A stretch of 64,000 bases of DNA, from positions 1-64,000 of the forward strand of contig JAQGDQ010000752.1 of assembly GCA_030141605.1 (NCBI GenBank), read 5' to 3'. The stretch comes from Tubiluchus corallicola. Lineage: Eukaryota > Animalia > Priapulida. The translations under genes were made by a program, and so were the position numbers. Under the pieces are notes generated by a model. That model saw nothing but the letters and a program-made list of their open reading frames with translations. It made no database searches and was not told the DNA's origin. Below, one piece after another: positions 1 to 12,087 of this stretch; position 1 is the first letter of the stretch, and every line of letters starts with the position of its first letter.

Positions 1-582
1 AACATGCGTTAAACTCGGGTACAGCATGTTGAATGCGTTGAACATGCGTTTCCCTCGGGTACAGCATGTTGAATGCGTTGAACATGCGTTAAACTCGAGT
101 ACAGCATGTTGAATGCATTGAACATGCGTTAAACTCGAGTACAGCATGTTGAATGCGTTGAACATGCGTTAAACTCGGGTACAGCATGTTGAATGCGTTG
201 AACATGCGTTAAACTCGGGTACAGCATGTTGAATGCGTTGAACATGCGTTAAACTCGGGTACAGCATGTTGAATGCGTTGAACATGCGTTAAACTCGGGT
301 ACAGCATGTTGAATGCGTTGAACATGCGTTAAACTCGAGTACAGCATGTTGAATGCGTTGAACATGCGTTAAACTCGAGTACAGCATGTTGAATGCGTTG
401 AACATGCGTTTCCCCGGGTATAGCATATTGAATGCGTTGAACATGAGTTAAACTCGGGTACAGCATGTAGCCTACGCATTGAACATGCGTTAAACTCGGG
501 TACAGCATGTAGCCTACGCATTGAACATGCGTTAAACTCAGGTACAGCATGTGAAATGCGTTAAACTCGGATACAGCATGTA
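1..582. repeat. 40-bp tandem minisatellite (AACATGCGTTAAACTCGGGTACAGCATGTTGAATGCGTTG), ~14 copies, truncated by window start
   Basis: Direct periodic repetition, degenerating after ~420. Confidence 0.95.
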
Positions 583-861
583 CCGGTGAATTTCTTGTAT
601 TGTAAAGTTTACAATAGCAAGCATGACCACAGCCCCAGGCATTTACTGAAGCTACAAGTATTTAGCGCTACTGCAGTAGACGGGTAGTTGGGGGTTATTA
701 ATTCTAACTAATAGAAGCTGCAGCAAGATGTATAATAGTACAAAACAGGTGTAATATGGCTATGAATACAGGTGCAATATGGGCATGTGCAATACGGGTA
801 TGATAATACTCATCTAGAAGAATCCATGTCTGTAGTATGAGTTATGAATATCTACATTAAG

Positions 862-1428
862 AGGCGTAGCTAATGGGAGAGCAGGGGGTTGCTGGATGCT
901 CCCCCTAGCACATTTTTTTCAAAATTGACACCGTGCTGAACGATCATCTAATCGACCAAAACAGACAAAGTCCTACCTTCTTTCTACAATGGGCAAGTAT
1001 AGCTTGTCTGAATTAGCTTTGCTCTTCATTTAAAAAGAGTTGGCTGCTGAGGTGGATTATAGTGAAGTTACAGATTGCTTTGCTAGAATGAAGCCTAGAT
1101 TAAAGAGACTGTTGTAGTTTTTTTTCATGATACATTTTTCACAATGCTTCATTTTGTTTTCATTTTACGTTTAAAATCAAAAAGATTAAATCACACAGCG
1201 TGTTTTCGTTACGTTTTGAGGTTGACGAGCTTACTGTAAAACTTTTCATTGTATTTTAATTTTAAATACAAAATAATTATTTACTTCCTTTAAAACTGCA
1301 CCTTTCTCGTGTTTTTATTTTAAACACGAAATTAAAATGTATAATTAATGCGGAAATTGTTTGGCGTGGTCACGGCGCATTTTTATGTGTCTTGCTCCCC
1401 CTAACTTTAGAACCTGGCTACGCCCCTG
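862..1428 (+). mobile_element. Non-autonomous TIR element (MITE) with GGCGTAGC...GCTACGCC ends
   Basis: Inverted termini; diverged inverted copy at ~39670-40238. Confidence 0.7.
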
Positions 1429-2169
1429 TCTACATCACAAGTATAGCATGCGTATCGTTAGTAGGGGCATCTATATACAGTCGCAGGGGTGACATCTATA
1501 TGTGAGATACCTAGACGTAGTGACCCTAGTCATTATCGTACTAAAACATTTTTAATGAGGAAACGTGTCATTGTCGACATGTTTAGCTATATTCATGTGC
1601 AATCTTAATGTACGCTTTCGGAGATGACACAGATCCTCAGATGCATAGTGTGCCTAGACTTTGCTACCTGACGGTAGCGTCACACAGAAGGTTGTTCCAG
1701 GAAATTAGTAACATTCCACAATGATTTATGACACGTTAGTGATTAGTCAAGTGCGTCACAGTGGTTGACACCACAACAGTGACCCATGCGAATTGCGAGC
1801 TGGTCAAATTCAATTCACTGGACATTCGTTGTGGTCGAACTCTCGGCTGTGATTAAGGCTGAAGTTCACCAAGTCAAGTTGTCGAAGTTACTGCGCTGCA
1901 ATTTACCAGGTTAGAATTCTATACCTGAAACTAATTGTAGGAAATTTGCGATCCCCACTGGTTAATATGTTCGATAGTGATCTTAGAAATGACCCTGACC
2001 GTGTGGGTATAATTGTATAAAGTAGTCAGTCTATTTGCTTGAAATAGTTCATCTAGTTTATCTTGAAATATCTGTTAAGAATTAGTGCTGCATTTCCATA
2101 TTTCTTCGTATGTCAAGTTACGTTGCTACAGGTCAACAATCAGTGAGCAATTTTTTTCTTTAAAATAAT

Positions 2170-2341
2170 TGAGAGAGGAGGGCGAGAAAGAGAGAGAAAG
2201 AAAGTGCGAGAACAAGTAGACAGACAGATAAAAAAAAACAGTAAAGCAATGACGACAAAGAAAGGAGGACAAAGGAGAGAGAGAGAGAGAAATAGAGAAA
2301 GAGGGGGGACGGAGGGAGGAAGAGAGGTGGGAGAGAGAGAG

Positions 2342-2385
<44 letters not shown>

Positions 2386-2532
2386 AGAGAGAGAGAGGGG
2401 GGGGGAGAGAGAGAGAGAGAGAAGAGGCAAACAGCAGATAAACAAACAAACGGTAGACAGCAATAAAAAAGAAGGGAGGACAAAAGGAGAGAGAGAGGGG
2501 GGAGGAGAAACAGGGGGAAGAGAAAGGGAAGA
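2170..2532. repeat. GA-rich low-complexity / (GA)n microsatellite
   Basis: Direct; accounts for the spurious ORFs at 2126-2572. Confidence 0.95.
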
Positions 2533-2825
2533 GCCTATACGTGTTGTTAACTATTGTACATAAGTTTATCACTAACTAAATAAGTATTTGCAAGTTCACT
2601 GAGCATGTAATAACCATTTACAAGTTTGCTGCGCATATAACTACTAATCTTTGAAAGATCTGGGATTGCAATTACCGCCGTGTGTTCCATCAACAGTCCA
2701 CAGAACTTTAAAACATAGGCTTGTCATGACTATAATGTATGTAGAATGTTGTTACAATAAACACGTACTTGTTTAAACAAACAGCCATATTACTTAATTA
2801 CCTAAGGCTGAAGTCTATGTTAAAT

Positions 2826-3516
2826 TTAAAGCACAAGTAAACCCCTCATAAACATAAAGCTTGAAAAATTCGTTTTGAAATTTTATATCACTTACATACT
2901 GCCATTTTGCATTCAGGACTTCAATCGGCAGTCACGCTGTATAAAACATGTAAATTTAAACTCCTACAATGACCGTTAGACGCAGCCATTTTCACGACAG
3001 GTCATTTGAAATAAGTTTAGATAACATTTTGTAAAGTTTGAAAAAATAATCAGAGCATCCGTAGCGCACAAGTCACTAACTAAATAAAATTTAAAATTAC
3101 TGTATCTTGTCAATAAGATTAAAAATACGTTTTTTATTTAGTAAGTGGTGCACCCTGGAGGGTGAGTCAGCGACATTTTACCAATTGGCGAAAACATTTT
3201 AAATAATTAATAATTTTCTTTTCTAGTTACATAAGTCTTTTTAGTAGGTAAGCGAAAATCTAAGTAATATAGATTTGCACGGAAAGCCTTTTGAGATATA
3301 ATTTAACATTGCATTTTCTTCCCTTGATTAACGTTTGGTACATGACGTCATGTAATGGCGACTTCGGAACAGTATTGCGGAGATTTAAATTGGAAACAAA
3401 CCGAAATTCCTTTCAACGCGAGTAAGATATACGCATAAAAATGCGGTAAAGTAATATAATTTTTTAAGGCGATTTTTCTGAAACCTACTTCAGGTGCCCA
3501 TTTTCTTATCCTTTAA
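2826..3516 (+). mobile_element. Kolobok-like MITE, family A (TTAA-bounded)
   Basis: TTAAAGCACAAG...CTTATCCTTTAA termini; at least 6 further copies in the window. Confidence 0.8.
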
Positions 3517-4139
3517 GACAATTTTTCTAAAGTACTTCAAAAGTTCCCATTTTTTGACAGGAAAATGACCTAGTTTTGGGTAGCTGAGCAGTCCTAGATC
3601 AATCTCGTTAATGAACCAACATTCCTGTAAACATAATTTTGCTTTGAACTCTGGTTGCTTGCAGACACAGTATTGCTGTAGTTTGGGTGCCGACACTTCC
3701 TAACAGTTAACTTTGTTTATTATCACTGGTCATGCGATACTGAGCTTTGAAAATCCAAAAGTGGGAGTGTGTTAGCTTCTTGGCACAACTCATGAAGCGT
3801 GGGTGCGTGTGCTTCTAAGGCTCGCAGTTGCTAACAACCCTAGGAATACAATTCAATAGCAGTAATTTGTTAAAGCTTTCACTGGTTTAAACAAAATAAT
3901 AATAAAAATATAAATATAAAAGGGATCTCGAGTTTGATAGCTTTATCACATTATTTTCTTGCATCAGAAATGCTTTATTTACTTGTTTTTCTTTCGCTGT
4001 TTGGCTATTTGTTTAATAATTATTTATTTTATCATTCATTTGCTTTTTACTCATTTTGTATATTTATTTATTTTTTACTGATTTGTTTATTTTTGACTTA
4101 TTTTGTGTAAATGATTTTTCTTTAACTGAATTGTTTATT

Positions 4140-4385
4140 CATTTATTTTATTTTATTTTATTTCATTTTATTTTATTTTATTTTATTTTATTTTATTTTA
4201 TTTTATTTTATTTTATTTTATTTTATTTTATTTTATTTTATTTTATTTGATTTGATTTGATTTGATTTGATTTGATTTGATTTGATTTGATTTGATTTGA
4301 TTTGATTTGATTTGATTTGATTTGATTTGATTTGATTTGATTTTATTTTATTTTATTTTATTTTATTTTATTTTATTTTATTTAT
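4140..4385. repeat. Compound (TTTTA)n(TTTGA)n(TTTTA)n microsatellite
   Basis: Direct. Confidence 0.95.
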
Positions 4386-4499
4386 ATAATTATTTATATC
4401 TAACTGTTTGCATATATTTTAAAATGATTAGCTGAAAAGGTGTCATAGTTTTAGAGTGGGAAAAACTTTGAGAGCAGGAATAATTCATCAAAAAATTTT

Positions 4500-5118
4500 T
4501 AAAGCAAAATCGGACCCCATCTTAAACTGTAGGTCAAAACAATCTACTCTTTAAAATAACGGAAACATACTATTTTTTTCAATAATGACTTACGTGAAAG
4601 ATTTATTACCACACAAACACAATTTCGCGTTCCCGCCACTAGTTTTTCGCTGTTACATGCATTTCTCCATTCGCTAGTTACACGGGCACTAGCGCCTGCA
4701 TTTCGGAAACGCGTTCCGCAAGAAACAGGTGCCGTACCTCTCAGTTCAGATCTGTTAATTTGTGACATACTGCGCACGTTCGACAGCTCATGCGTGAGTA
4801 CAGCGGTAAATTTGAAATTTACAGAAGTACAGCGGTCTACTTTTAGGATAACACACTAAATTTCTTACAGCAGTACTGTACTTCAATTTTCGCTTTCGCA
4901 AACACGTGCAAGACGCTCGTGGAATGTTTTTGCTGCTGAAAATTGTGTTAGTTTGTGATGTCATCAATAGTTGGGCTCGCCCACCGTTAATTAAGTTTTT
5001 AATCTATTATTTAATTATCACAAATGCTTTTGCAGTATTATTGGTGTTAAAATGTATATTTTTAATCACACTTGAAAATGAGACAGTATATGAAAAATCA
5101 TCCTGTCTTCCTTCAACA
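4500..5118 (+). mobile_element. Interspersed repeat, family B (probable non-autonomous DNA transposon)
   Basis: Colinear with ~40660-41730 and, for its 3' part, 34425-34605; copies end in TTAA-like termini. Confidence 0.65.
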
Positions 5119-7038
5119 TGAATGAACATTTTTATGTTTTATGTCGCCAGTTAAATTTTTTTATTACATGTAATTTATGTAATACGAAAACTTCACAATT
5201 ATTCACCGTTTAAAATCTTTACATAAGGCCTGGTTCAGATGCTGTCTGGCTTCTGTGAGCTCAGGAACGTATCAAGACATTACAATGCCGACAGCTGATA
5301 GATCATCCCGCCCACTTCCAATTCTGGTTTTATGGTTGTTTATATATAAAGCGATTACACTACTAGTTGTAATAATTGTGCTATAAAATATGCGCTTTAT
5401 ATGAAGCGTTAAAGAATTTGCACTTGCCGAGGGGAACAGGAATATTTTAACACTGGGCCCCTAAAATTTTGCGCCCTAGGCTACAGTCTAGTTAACCTAT
5501 AGACGGGTCGACATGCGTGGACAGAATGCTAGTGCATATGAAGCGATTGTTACTAATGAGAACATCAACCACAAACGACGTTTGACTTTGAACAGAAATA
5601 TTGATGGATGAAATGAAATTCTCTCGATGCCTAGGTGTCTTCAGCATTAAAATTACAATTTATTCGTGAATTTTCCTTGCTTGCCTAACGAAATTCGTAA
5701 TAAATGCAACTGTTTATATAGTTTTTACACATAACTTTTATCCTGTACACCGATGTCCAGTGCGCTTATTATGTTTAGTTGTGGCGGAACAGGAATCTAT
5801 GTTTTTTGTCAAAGTTAACCGTGAAGATGCAGAGATGATTTATCTACATTCCGCTACGCACACATCCTACCTTAACGAGGTAAACGCCAAGGGTAAAACT
5901 AATATGGCAGGCGAAGCACTTTTCGAAACCGTCGTCTTTCCAGTTGCTAACCAGTCGCAGTATTGCTCAACTTCAGTCGTCGAGCTACTTCCCACGCCCA
6001 CGTCTAGTGACAACTGCTTCATTATAAAACTGGGTGACATTGCCAAAAAAATTATCGAGGTTTTCAATTCACCCATCCGTGGTAGATAAGATGTAGAGTC
6101 ACATGGTCACCAGCAGCTGTCTTTGCAGAATGCTAGTGGCTGGAGTCAGCTGAGTATTTACAATTTCTGCCAGATATTTATAGCTCTGCAATGGTGAGCT
6201 AGAGTGTTTTGAGAAAAAATTGCGATAGCCAGAGGTTCTAGCTCAATTTGGAAGAGTAAATAACTTGACTGCTTACACAGATGTGCAGGTTCAATACTTT
6301 GAACATGTCACATATGCTACTGATATCACTGTTATTTCCCGATATACACTTGTTATCATCATCAGCATCATCAACGTTATCGTAGTGTAGCTAATGGCTT
6401 AACTTTGGTCCAGTTTCTGAAGTTAAAATAACTGCCGTTTAATAACATTATTAAAATAATGGTAGATTAACTTCAACAGTTAAATGTAGATGGCACTTTG
6501 ATCTAACTTCAGCAGTTAAATGTAGATGGCACTTTGATCTAAAGTGCCGTAGTGGCATATTCAACTAAAACAGTTGCTGTAACTTATTAAAACAGGCATT
6601 CTAAACTCAATGCACATTCTAAGGCAAGAGAACAACTGAGAGGTCACAGTTTGCATTACAAACGTTAAACAGTGCTGAACCTGGTTAACAAATGAATGGG
6701 CGATCAACAGAAAACTATGTGTGGGTGATCTGCTACACTACTTTGGCTGCTTCTCTTGTACAGGGATATTTACATCCAGTCAGGCAACTCCGATGGCCAA
6801 TTCAGTGTGCCGCATCTCAGGGGATTGTGCTCAATGAGGTAGATTCCGATCCTGCCTCAGCCATGTACATTAAGTAGCACTTATCCTCAGTGCTGGATCC
6901 TAACTTATGAAGTGCGAAGCTGCATAAGAAAAAACCTGCAGTTGCATGAATGTCACCCCAGTGGTCACTAATCTTGTTTGGTCTCGCAATTCTCTTTTCC
7001 AGTTGCTGTTGTAATAAATATGCAAATTAATTTTACAG

Positions 7039-7163
7039 GTTACTGGTGGGAGCACCAAAGTCAAACTCAACTTACATACCGTCATCAGTAGAGAGTCCAG
7101 GTGCTCTCTTCAAATGTCCAGTTGAGGGCGGTCAGTGTGAAGAGGTGAAAGTAGATGACAAAG
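7039..7163 (+). CDS. Integrin alpha exon (LLVGAPKSN...DDK)
   Basis: ttttacag acceptor, gtaaaa donor, FG-GAP motif. Confidence 0.9.
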
Positions 7164-10100
7164 GTAAAAGACTGACTTGGAAAAAAAAGAAGAAACCTGT
7201 ATTTGTTGAAATCTTGTATTTGATGTCGTCATCGGTTATTATTTGAATATTCTGCAGCTACAATTTTGAATCTAATGTCATTTGAAGACTCCTCACAGAA
7301 ACAATGAACAAAATTTGTACTGATGTACGTGTTAATGATATTGTTTGATCGTCAGCGTTTGAATCTTGTTCATCATCATTACTTTTGCTCCATCCTCAAC
7401 TGTAACTCAAAAGAAAGATTGAGGTATATCACTGGTGATTTTTATTGGTACAGTTCATAGATTTAATTAAATTAGATTTAACAGAATAATTGATAGAAGA
7501 TTTAATGTACGATTTGAAAGAGTAATTAAATTTCTTTTGCAGGTAACGTATGTTACAGCGCCAGACTCGGTAGATATATAGAAAGTTCTTGCTCCAACAA
7601 TGCCAAAGTCTGGCACAAAAAAGACCACCAATGGCTAGGAGCGGGTCTTGATGTTGAGACCAAAATACGACAAAACAGACCAGTAAAGGTTACGGTGAGT
7701 TTTTGCTGACATAAACTTGGTTCTTATAGTTGATATCATGTCTATGACTAAAACGCCGGCAATAAGCTTCTGACATTATGATGTCTATGACTAAAATGCC
7801 GGCAATAAGCTTCTGACATTATGAAACTGGAAAAACTGACTTGGAAAGGCTTATTTATGATCACATTGAAAACTTGTAATGAAAAACGTTTTAAAAAGCT
7901 TGAAAAATATATTGAAAAGCAAATGCCTCAGGTGTCTTAAAGATACTAAAAGCATCCAGGTGTTACTTCCAAGTGTAGAGTATTTTAAAACCCACCATTA
8001 ATTGAAAATAATCACCAGTTTCTTGTGTGTAGGTTTGTGCTCCACGATGGATCAACCAATACTGGGAAAAGAAGGATGCTAACGAATTCCTGATGAATGG
8101 TTATTGTTGGGAGCTAACGCATGATGGCAGAAATGATGAACTGGGATCGGTTCGTGCACTCCACCCTCTTAGCAACGTGCAACTACAAATACACGACAGA
8201 CAATATAAATATGCGAACGGGCTTGCTGGAATGGTGGTCCACTATCCAGAGGTAAGCTGTATTCAGAGAACTTTTTCATTCATCAGTGAATACGCTGTGC
8301 TTGTGTTATTAGCAATTCCCTGTTGCAATTTCGTGTTAGTAAACTTCAATACATGAGGGAGCCACAGTTCACAAACACTTATTAAAATTTTGTGGGCAAA
8401 GGTTCATTTTCTGCAAATAGGAGCATCCAATTTTGTAATCAGTTTGACTGTTTACGGATTTTTATACTTTATTAACATCTACAAATCTTACAAGAATCCA
8501 GACAGATTTCACTTCTGCCTAGCTGTTCAATAATCTGGCTTTAGTTCTACATCATACTTCAAGACATACCTTGATCAACGCTTTGTCCGTTTGCTTGTTA
8601 CAGAGTCAATTTTTGTGATATACGTAATAATGCACTATGTCGGTCTTTTTACTAAAGAAGTGAATTGTGGTATTAGTGAGCAATACAAATTAATAAAACC
8701 TGCATTTCTTTAAGTGTTGTGCAAGCTATCACAGTACCTGTAATTGTGAATGGCAAGCACAGTATTTTCCATGTATGTGCAAAAATTGTCGGTTATTGCA
8801 AAGTAAAAGCTTACTAATAGAAATGTTTTATCAGTCAAATAATTTCTTTTCGAAACTGCATAGTAGCAGCAGCAGCAGCAGTAGTAGTAAAATCTTTATT
8901 TGCCATTTTAAAAACATTGACCATCATATTAAAAGACAGACAATCAGTGTTAGTTCATATAAAAACATACACTGTTCTGGACAAGTGTCTGGTGCAAGCT
9001 AAACTATAAGTGCAACTAGAAATTCAAAAATAAAACATAAACTAGTTTAGTAAGGTCTAGGAAAAATGAAATTATGATTTGAGTAAGTATCATCGTGTTC
9101 GTATGTCGGATATTCAAAACGAGTCATTAAATGTTTTTTTTAATTTAGACTTGAATATTGATAAAGAGCTGCTGTGTTTTAGTGATGTCGGTAATGAATT
9201 CCAAAGTTGTATTGCTTACTTAGTAATGGAATTCTTTCCATATTGGTTGTTCGTTCTAATGTTTCTTAAATTTAGTGTTCTGTTATTCATACTGGGGTTT
9301 TTAAGAAGTGGGAGCTTATTGTTTTTGAAAGGAGAATTAATATTGTTGATATATTTATAGAGAAACAGGAGAGTTTGATAATCTCTGTGGGCTTCTAGTA
9401 CCGGGATTTTCATGTGGGCTTCTAGTATCGGGATTTTCAAGGAGTTTCTTAAAGAGGTGGCAGAATATTTACTTGTATTGTGAGATGATTTCAAATGATG
9501 TGTTACATTACAGGATTCCAAAGAACTTGTGCTGTCTGCACCAGGAGTGTGGGATTCCACTGGTTCAACTGTTGAGTACAAAGAAAACAGACAGGCCAAC
9601 GATGCCATAATACTGCTTCTCGATAACCTGCCCATTGGAAGTTTTCTTGGTTATGCTACAACTTCTGGAACATTCTTTCCATTTCCGGATGCCGAAACAA
9701 TGATAGTTGCCGGAGCCCCTAGGTTCCCAAAGGAAACGGCTGAAGGAATGGTCTTTATATACACTGGTAGATTTGAACGCAAGATTGTTAAAAGGGGAAA
9801 AAAATCTGGAGAATACTTTGGTGCAGCCTTGTGTGTAATTAATATGGATACATCTAGTGCAAGTTATTTACATTCACTCCTAATTGGTGCTCCATTTTAT
9901 TATGAAGATGATAAGATCGACATGGGTAGAGTATATGTGTACAAGAACAAAGGCACACCAGCTCCATCTGACCCACTGCAAGAAGCAGGCGTTCTGGATG
10001 GCAGCAGTAGTCCCAGGTCACGATTTGGGACAGCAATAGCAAGTGTCGGTGATTTAGATTATGATGGCTATAACGATGTTGCAATTGGAGCTCCAATGGA

Positions 10101-12087
10101 AGATGAAGGCAAAGGGGCTGTTTATATCTACCGTGGCTATAAAGATGGTATCAAGACAGAATATTCCCAAAGAATATCTGCCAGTGATATTATTCCAACA
10201 ATGAAAGGCTTTGGTTGGAGTTTCTCAAAAAGTGTTGATGTAGACAGCAACAATTACCCAGATTTTGCAGTGGGTGCATATGATTCTGGAAATGCAGTTT
10301 TGTTTCGCACAAGGCCAGTATTGCATACTCAGTCTTGGATCACTTTTAAACCAGCTCAAATCAATCTTAACAGGACACAGTGCACATACAATAATCAACC
10401 AGTCACTTGTACTGAAGCAACAGTATGCTGGAATTACACTGGTAAATTTGTGCCTTCTAGTGCAAGGATCAATTACACTTTAGCCATACAGCACAAGGTT
10501 GGATCGGTTGAAAAAGCCTTTATCTATCATCAAGGATCTCGTCACTTTCAAGTCAGTGGAACAAAAACATTAATACATGACAATGCAAAGACATGCACTG
10601 AGTATGTGGTTCACATTCAGCAGACTAAAGACATTCTCAATCCAATACTGCTTCTTCTAGAATATGACTTGCAGCAGTCATCGGCAAGGAGGAAAAGGCA
10701 AGTTTTCAACCCTCTTACTCCGATCCTTAGTAAGGCATCGGAAAGGCAGCTCTTTAAATTGAATTATGCAAAAGACTGCGGTGAAGATGATGTGTGCACG
10801 TCAAATTTGCACTTATATTTGACGACTGATTTTAAGGAAAAACAAATTATACCTGGTGTTGATAATTCCATCCAGTTTCTAGTATCCCTGGAAAATAGAG
10901 GCGAAAGTGCATATCAAACAGAGGTGTACATTACTCACACTGCAGAAGCCAAGTTCGTTAAAGCTTCTTCAAATAATTTGGATATTGTTGTGCTATGCTC
11001 AGTTATAGATTCACCATCCAACGATCTGGCGCAGCTTCGTTGCGAAATAGCAAATCCACTTAGAGCACAAACAACGGTGGAGTTTTCATTTGATCTTGAA
11101 TTAGACAGTTTACAAGTCGAGAAGCCTTTTGAAGTCCATGTAGAAGCAACAACAACCAGTGATGATATGGGGCTAGGTAACAATGTGAAAACATTTTCTC
11201 TACCTGTGCAGTACATTGCTGACGTAAAGGTTAGAACATCGTCAGAACCTGAACAACTCATCTACAACTCGACAAAAAAAGAACAAAATATTCCACCTGG
11301 TCTTGATGGCTACTCGAGAGAAATCAGTCATACTTACGACGTCTTCAATATAGGCCCAAGCACTATAGAAAGGTCTAATTTAATAATCAAGTGGCCAGGT
11401 TTTACTAATGATGGGCGAAAATTAGTTCAGTTTATGGAATTTGAAGTTAACAAAGGCGAGCATATCACATGCAATGCAACAAATGTGATCTATAAGAAAC
11501 CAAAAGAAGAGCAGACGGATGGGCGCAAAACTGGTCTGGAAGGAGAACCAGAAACTTCAGACGACGCAACAGTGGAGACGAGAAATGAAAACCCGCGTCC
11601 ACTGGTACACGAAGAAGGTCAAATCATTGACATCAACTGTGATACTACAAATTGCACTATTTTCACGTGCAACGTACCGCCTCTTGCAGCAAGTCAAAGT
11701 TATTTCCTTAGAATCAAGGCCAGAATTAACGAACAAGTGTTGCTATCAATGAATGTTGACGAAAAAGCATCACTGATATCAAAAGCCGAAGTTCTCATCC
11801 TGAGCAAAGTGGTACAGCCAGATGAACATGAACCGGACAGTGCAGAAGCAAGAACCGGTCTAGTGAAGGAGACGCTAACTGACCAGAAGGGTAAAGTTCC
11901 TATCTGGATTATTATTGTAGCCATCATAGCTGGGATACTGCTGCTCGTTGTGCTCATCGTCATTCTAATAAAGGTGGGATTCTTCAAGCGCAAACAAAAA
12001 GAGGACTTGGAGAAGTTGAAAGGTTACGGCGAATTCCAACCAGAACTCGTACGTCGAGAGGAGACGGAGGCATTGAATAATCGCTGA
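7039..12087 (+). CDS. Integrin alpha subunit, non-I-domain, alpha4/alpha9-like; 5'-partial. Exons 7039-7163, 7543-7694, 8033-8251, 9514-12087
   Basis: Phase-consistent AG/GT exons encode LLVGAP, KDHQWLGAGL, VCAPRW, FG-GAP repeats, Ca-binding loops DLDYDGYND and DVDSNNYPD, thigh/calf region, TM helix and KVGFFKR tail. Confidence 0.95.
7543..7694 (+). CDS. Integrin alpha exon (GNVCY...KDHQWLGAGLDV...KVT)
   Basis: ttttgcag / gtgagt; phase 1 to 0. Confidence 0.88.
8033..8251 (+). CDS. Integrin alpha exon (VCAPRW...HYPE)
   Basis: tgtag / gtaagc; phase 0 to 0. Confidence 0.9.
9040..9370 (-). mobile_element. LINE (CR1/L2 group) ORF2 C-terminal fragment in integrin intron
   Basis: Minus strand reads RTNNQYGKNSITK*AIQLWNSLPTSLKHSSSLSIFKSKLK, a typical ORF2 end. 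Confidence 0.7.
9514..12087 (+). CDS. Integrin alpha giant terminal coding exon (rest of propeller, thigh, calf-1/2, TM, GFFKR tail)
   Basis: ttacag acceptor in frame with the 852-aa ORF 9529-12087. Confidence 0.95.
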   Translation, partial: DSKELVLSAPGVWDSTGSTVEYKENRQANDAIILLLDNLPIGSFLGYATTSGTFFPFPDAETMIVAGAPRFPKETAEGMVFIYTGRFERKIVKRGKKSGEYFGAALCVINMDTSSASYLHSLLIGAPFYYEDDKIDMGRVYVYKNKGTPAPSDPLQEAGVLDGSSSPRSRFGTAIASVGDLDYDGYNDVAIGAPMEDEGKGAVYIYRGYKDGIKTEYSQRISASDIIPTMKGFGWSFSKSVDVDSNNYPDFAVGAYDSGNAVLFRTRPVLHTQSWITFKPAQINLNRTQCTYNNQPVTCTEATVCWNYTGKFVPSSARINYTLAIQHKVGSVEKAFIYHQGSRHFQVSGTKTLIHDNAKTCTEYVVHIQQTKDILNPILLLLEYDLQQSSARRKRQVFNPLTPILSKASERQLFKLNYAKDCGEDDVCTSNLHLYLTTDFKEKQIIPGVDNSIQFLVSLENRGESAYQTEVYITHTAEAKFVKASSNNLDIVVLCSVIDSPSNDLAQLRCEIANPLRAQTTVEFSFDLELDSLQVEKPFEVHVEATTTSDDMGLGNNVKTFSLPVQYIADVKVRTSSEPEQLIYNSTKKEQNIPPGLDGYSREISHTYDVFNIGPSTIERSNLIIKWPGFTNDGRKLVQFMEFEVNKGEHITCNATNVIYKKPKEEQTDGRKTGLEGEPETSDDATVETRNENPRPLVHEEGQIIDINCDTTNCTIFTCNVPPLAASQSYFLRIKARINEQVLLSMNVDEKASLISKAEVLILSKVVQPDEHEPDSAEARTGLVKETLTDQKGKVPIWIIIVAIIAGILLLVVLIVILIKVGFFKRKQKEDLEKLKGYGEFQPELVRREETEALNNR

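Noticed and set aside
2126-2572. Leu/Ser- or Glu/Arg-rich ORFs
   Set aside because: Translations of a (GA)n microsatellite
5760-6089. 109-aa ORF, possible transposase fragment
   Set aside because: No diagnostic motif I can support
6692-6877. Candidate integrin signal-peptide exon
   Set aside because: Has a hydrophobic stretch but no FNLD/FGYSV motifs and no convincing phase-2 donor; exon 1 is probably outside the window
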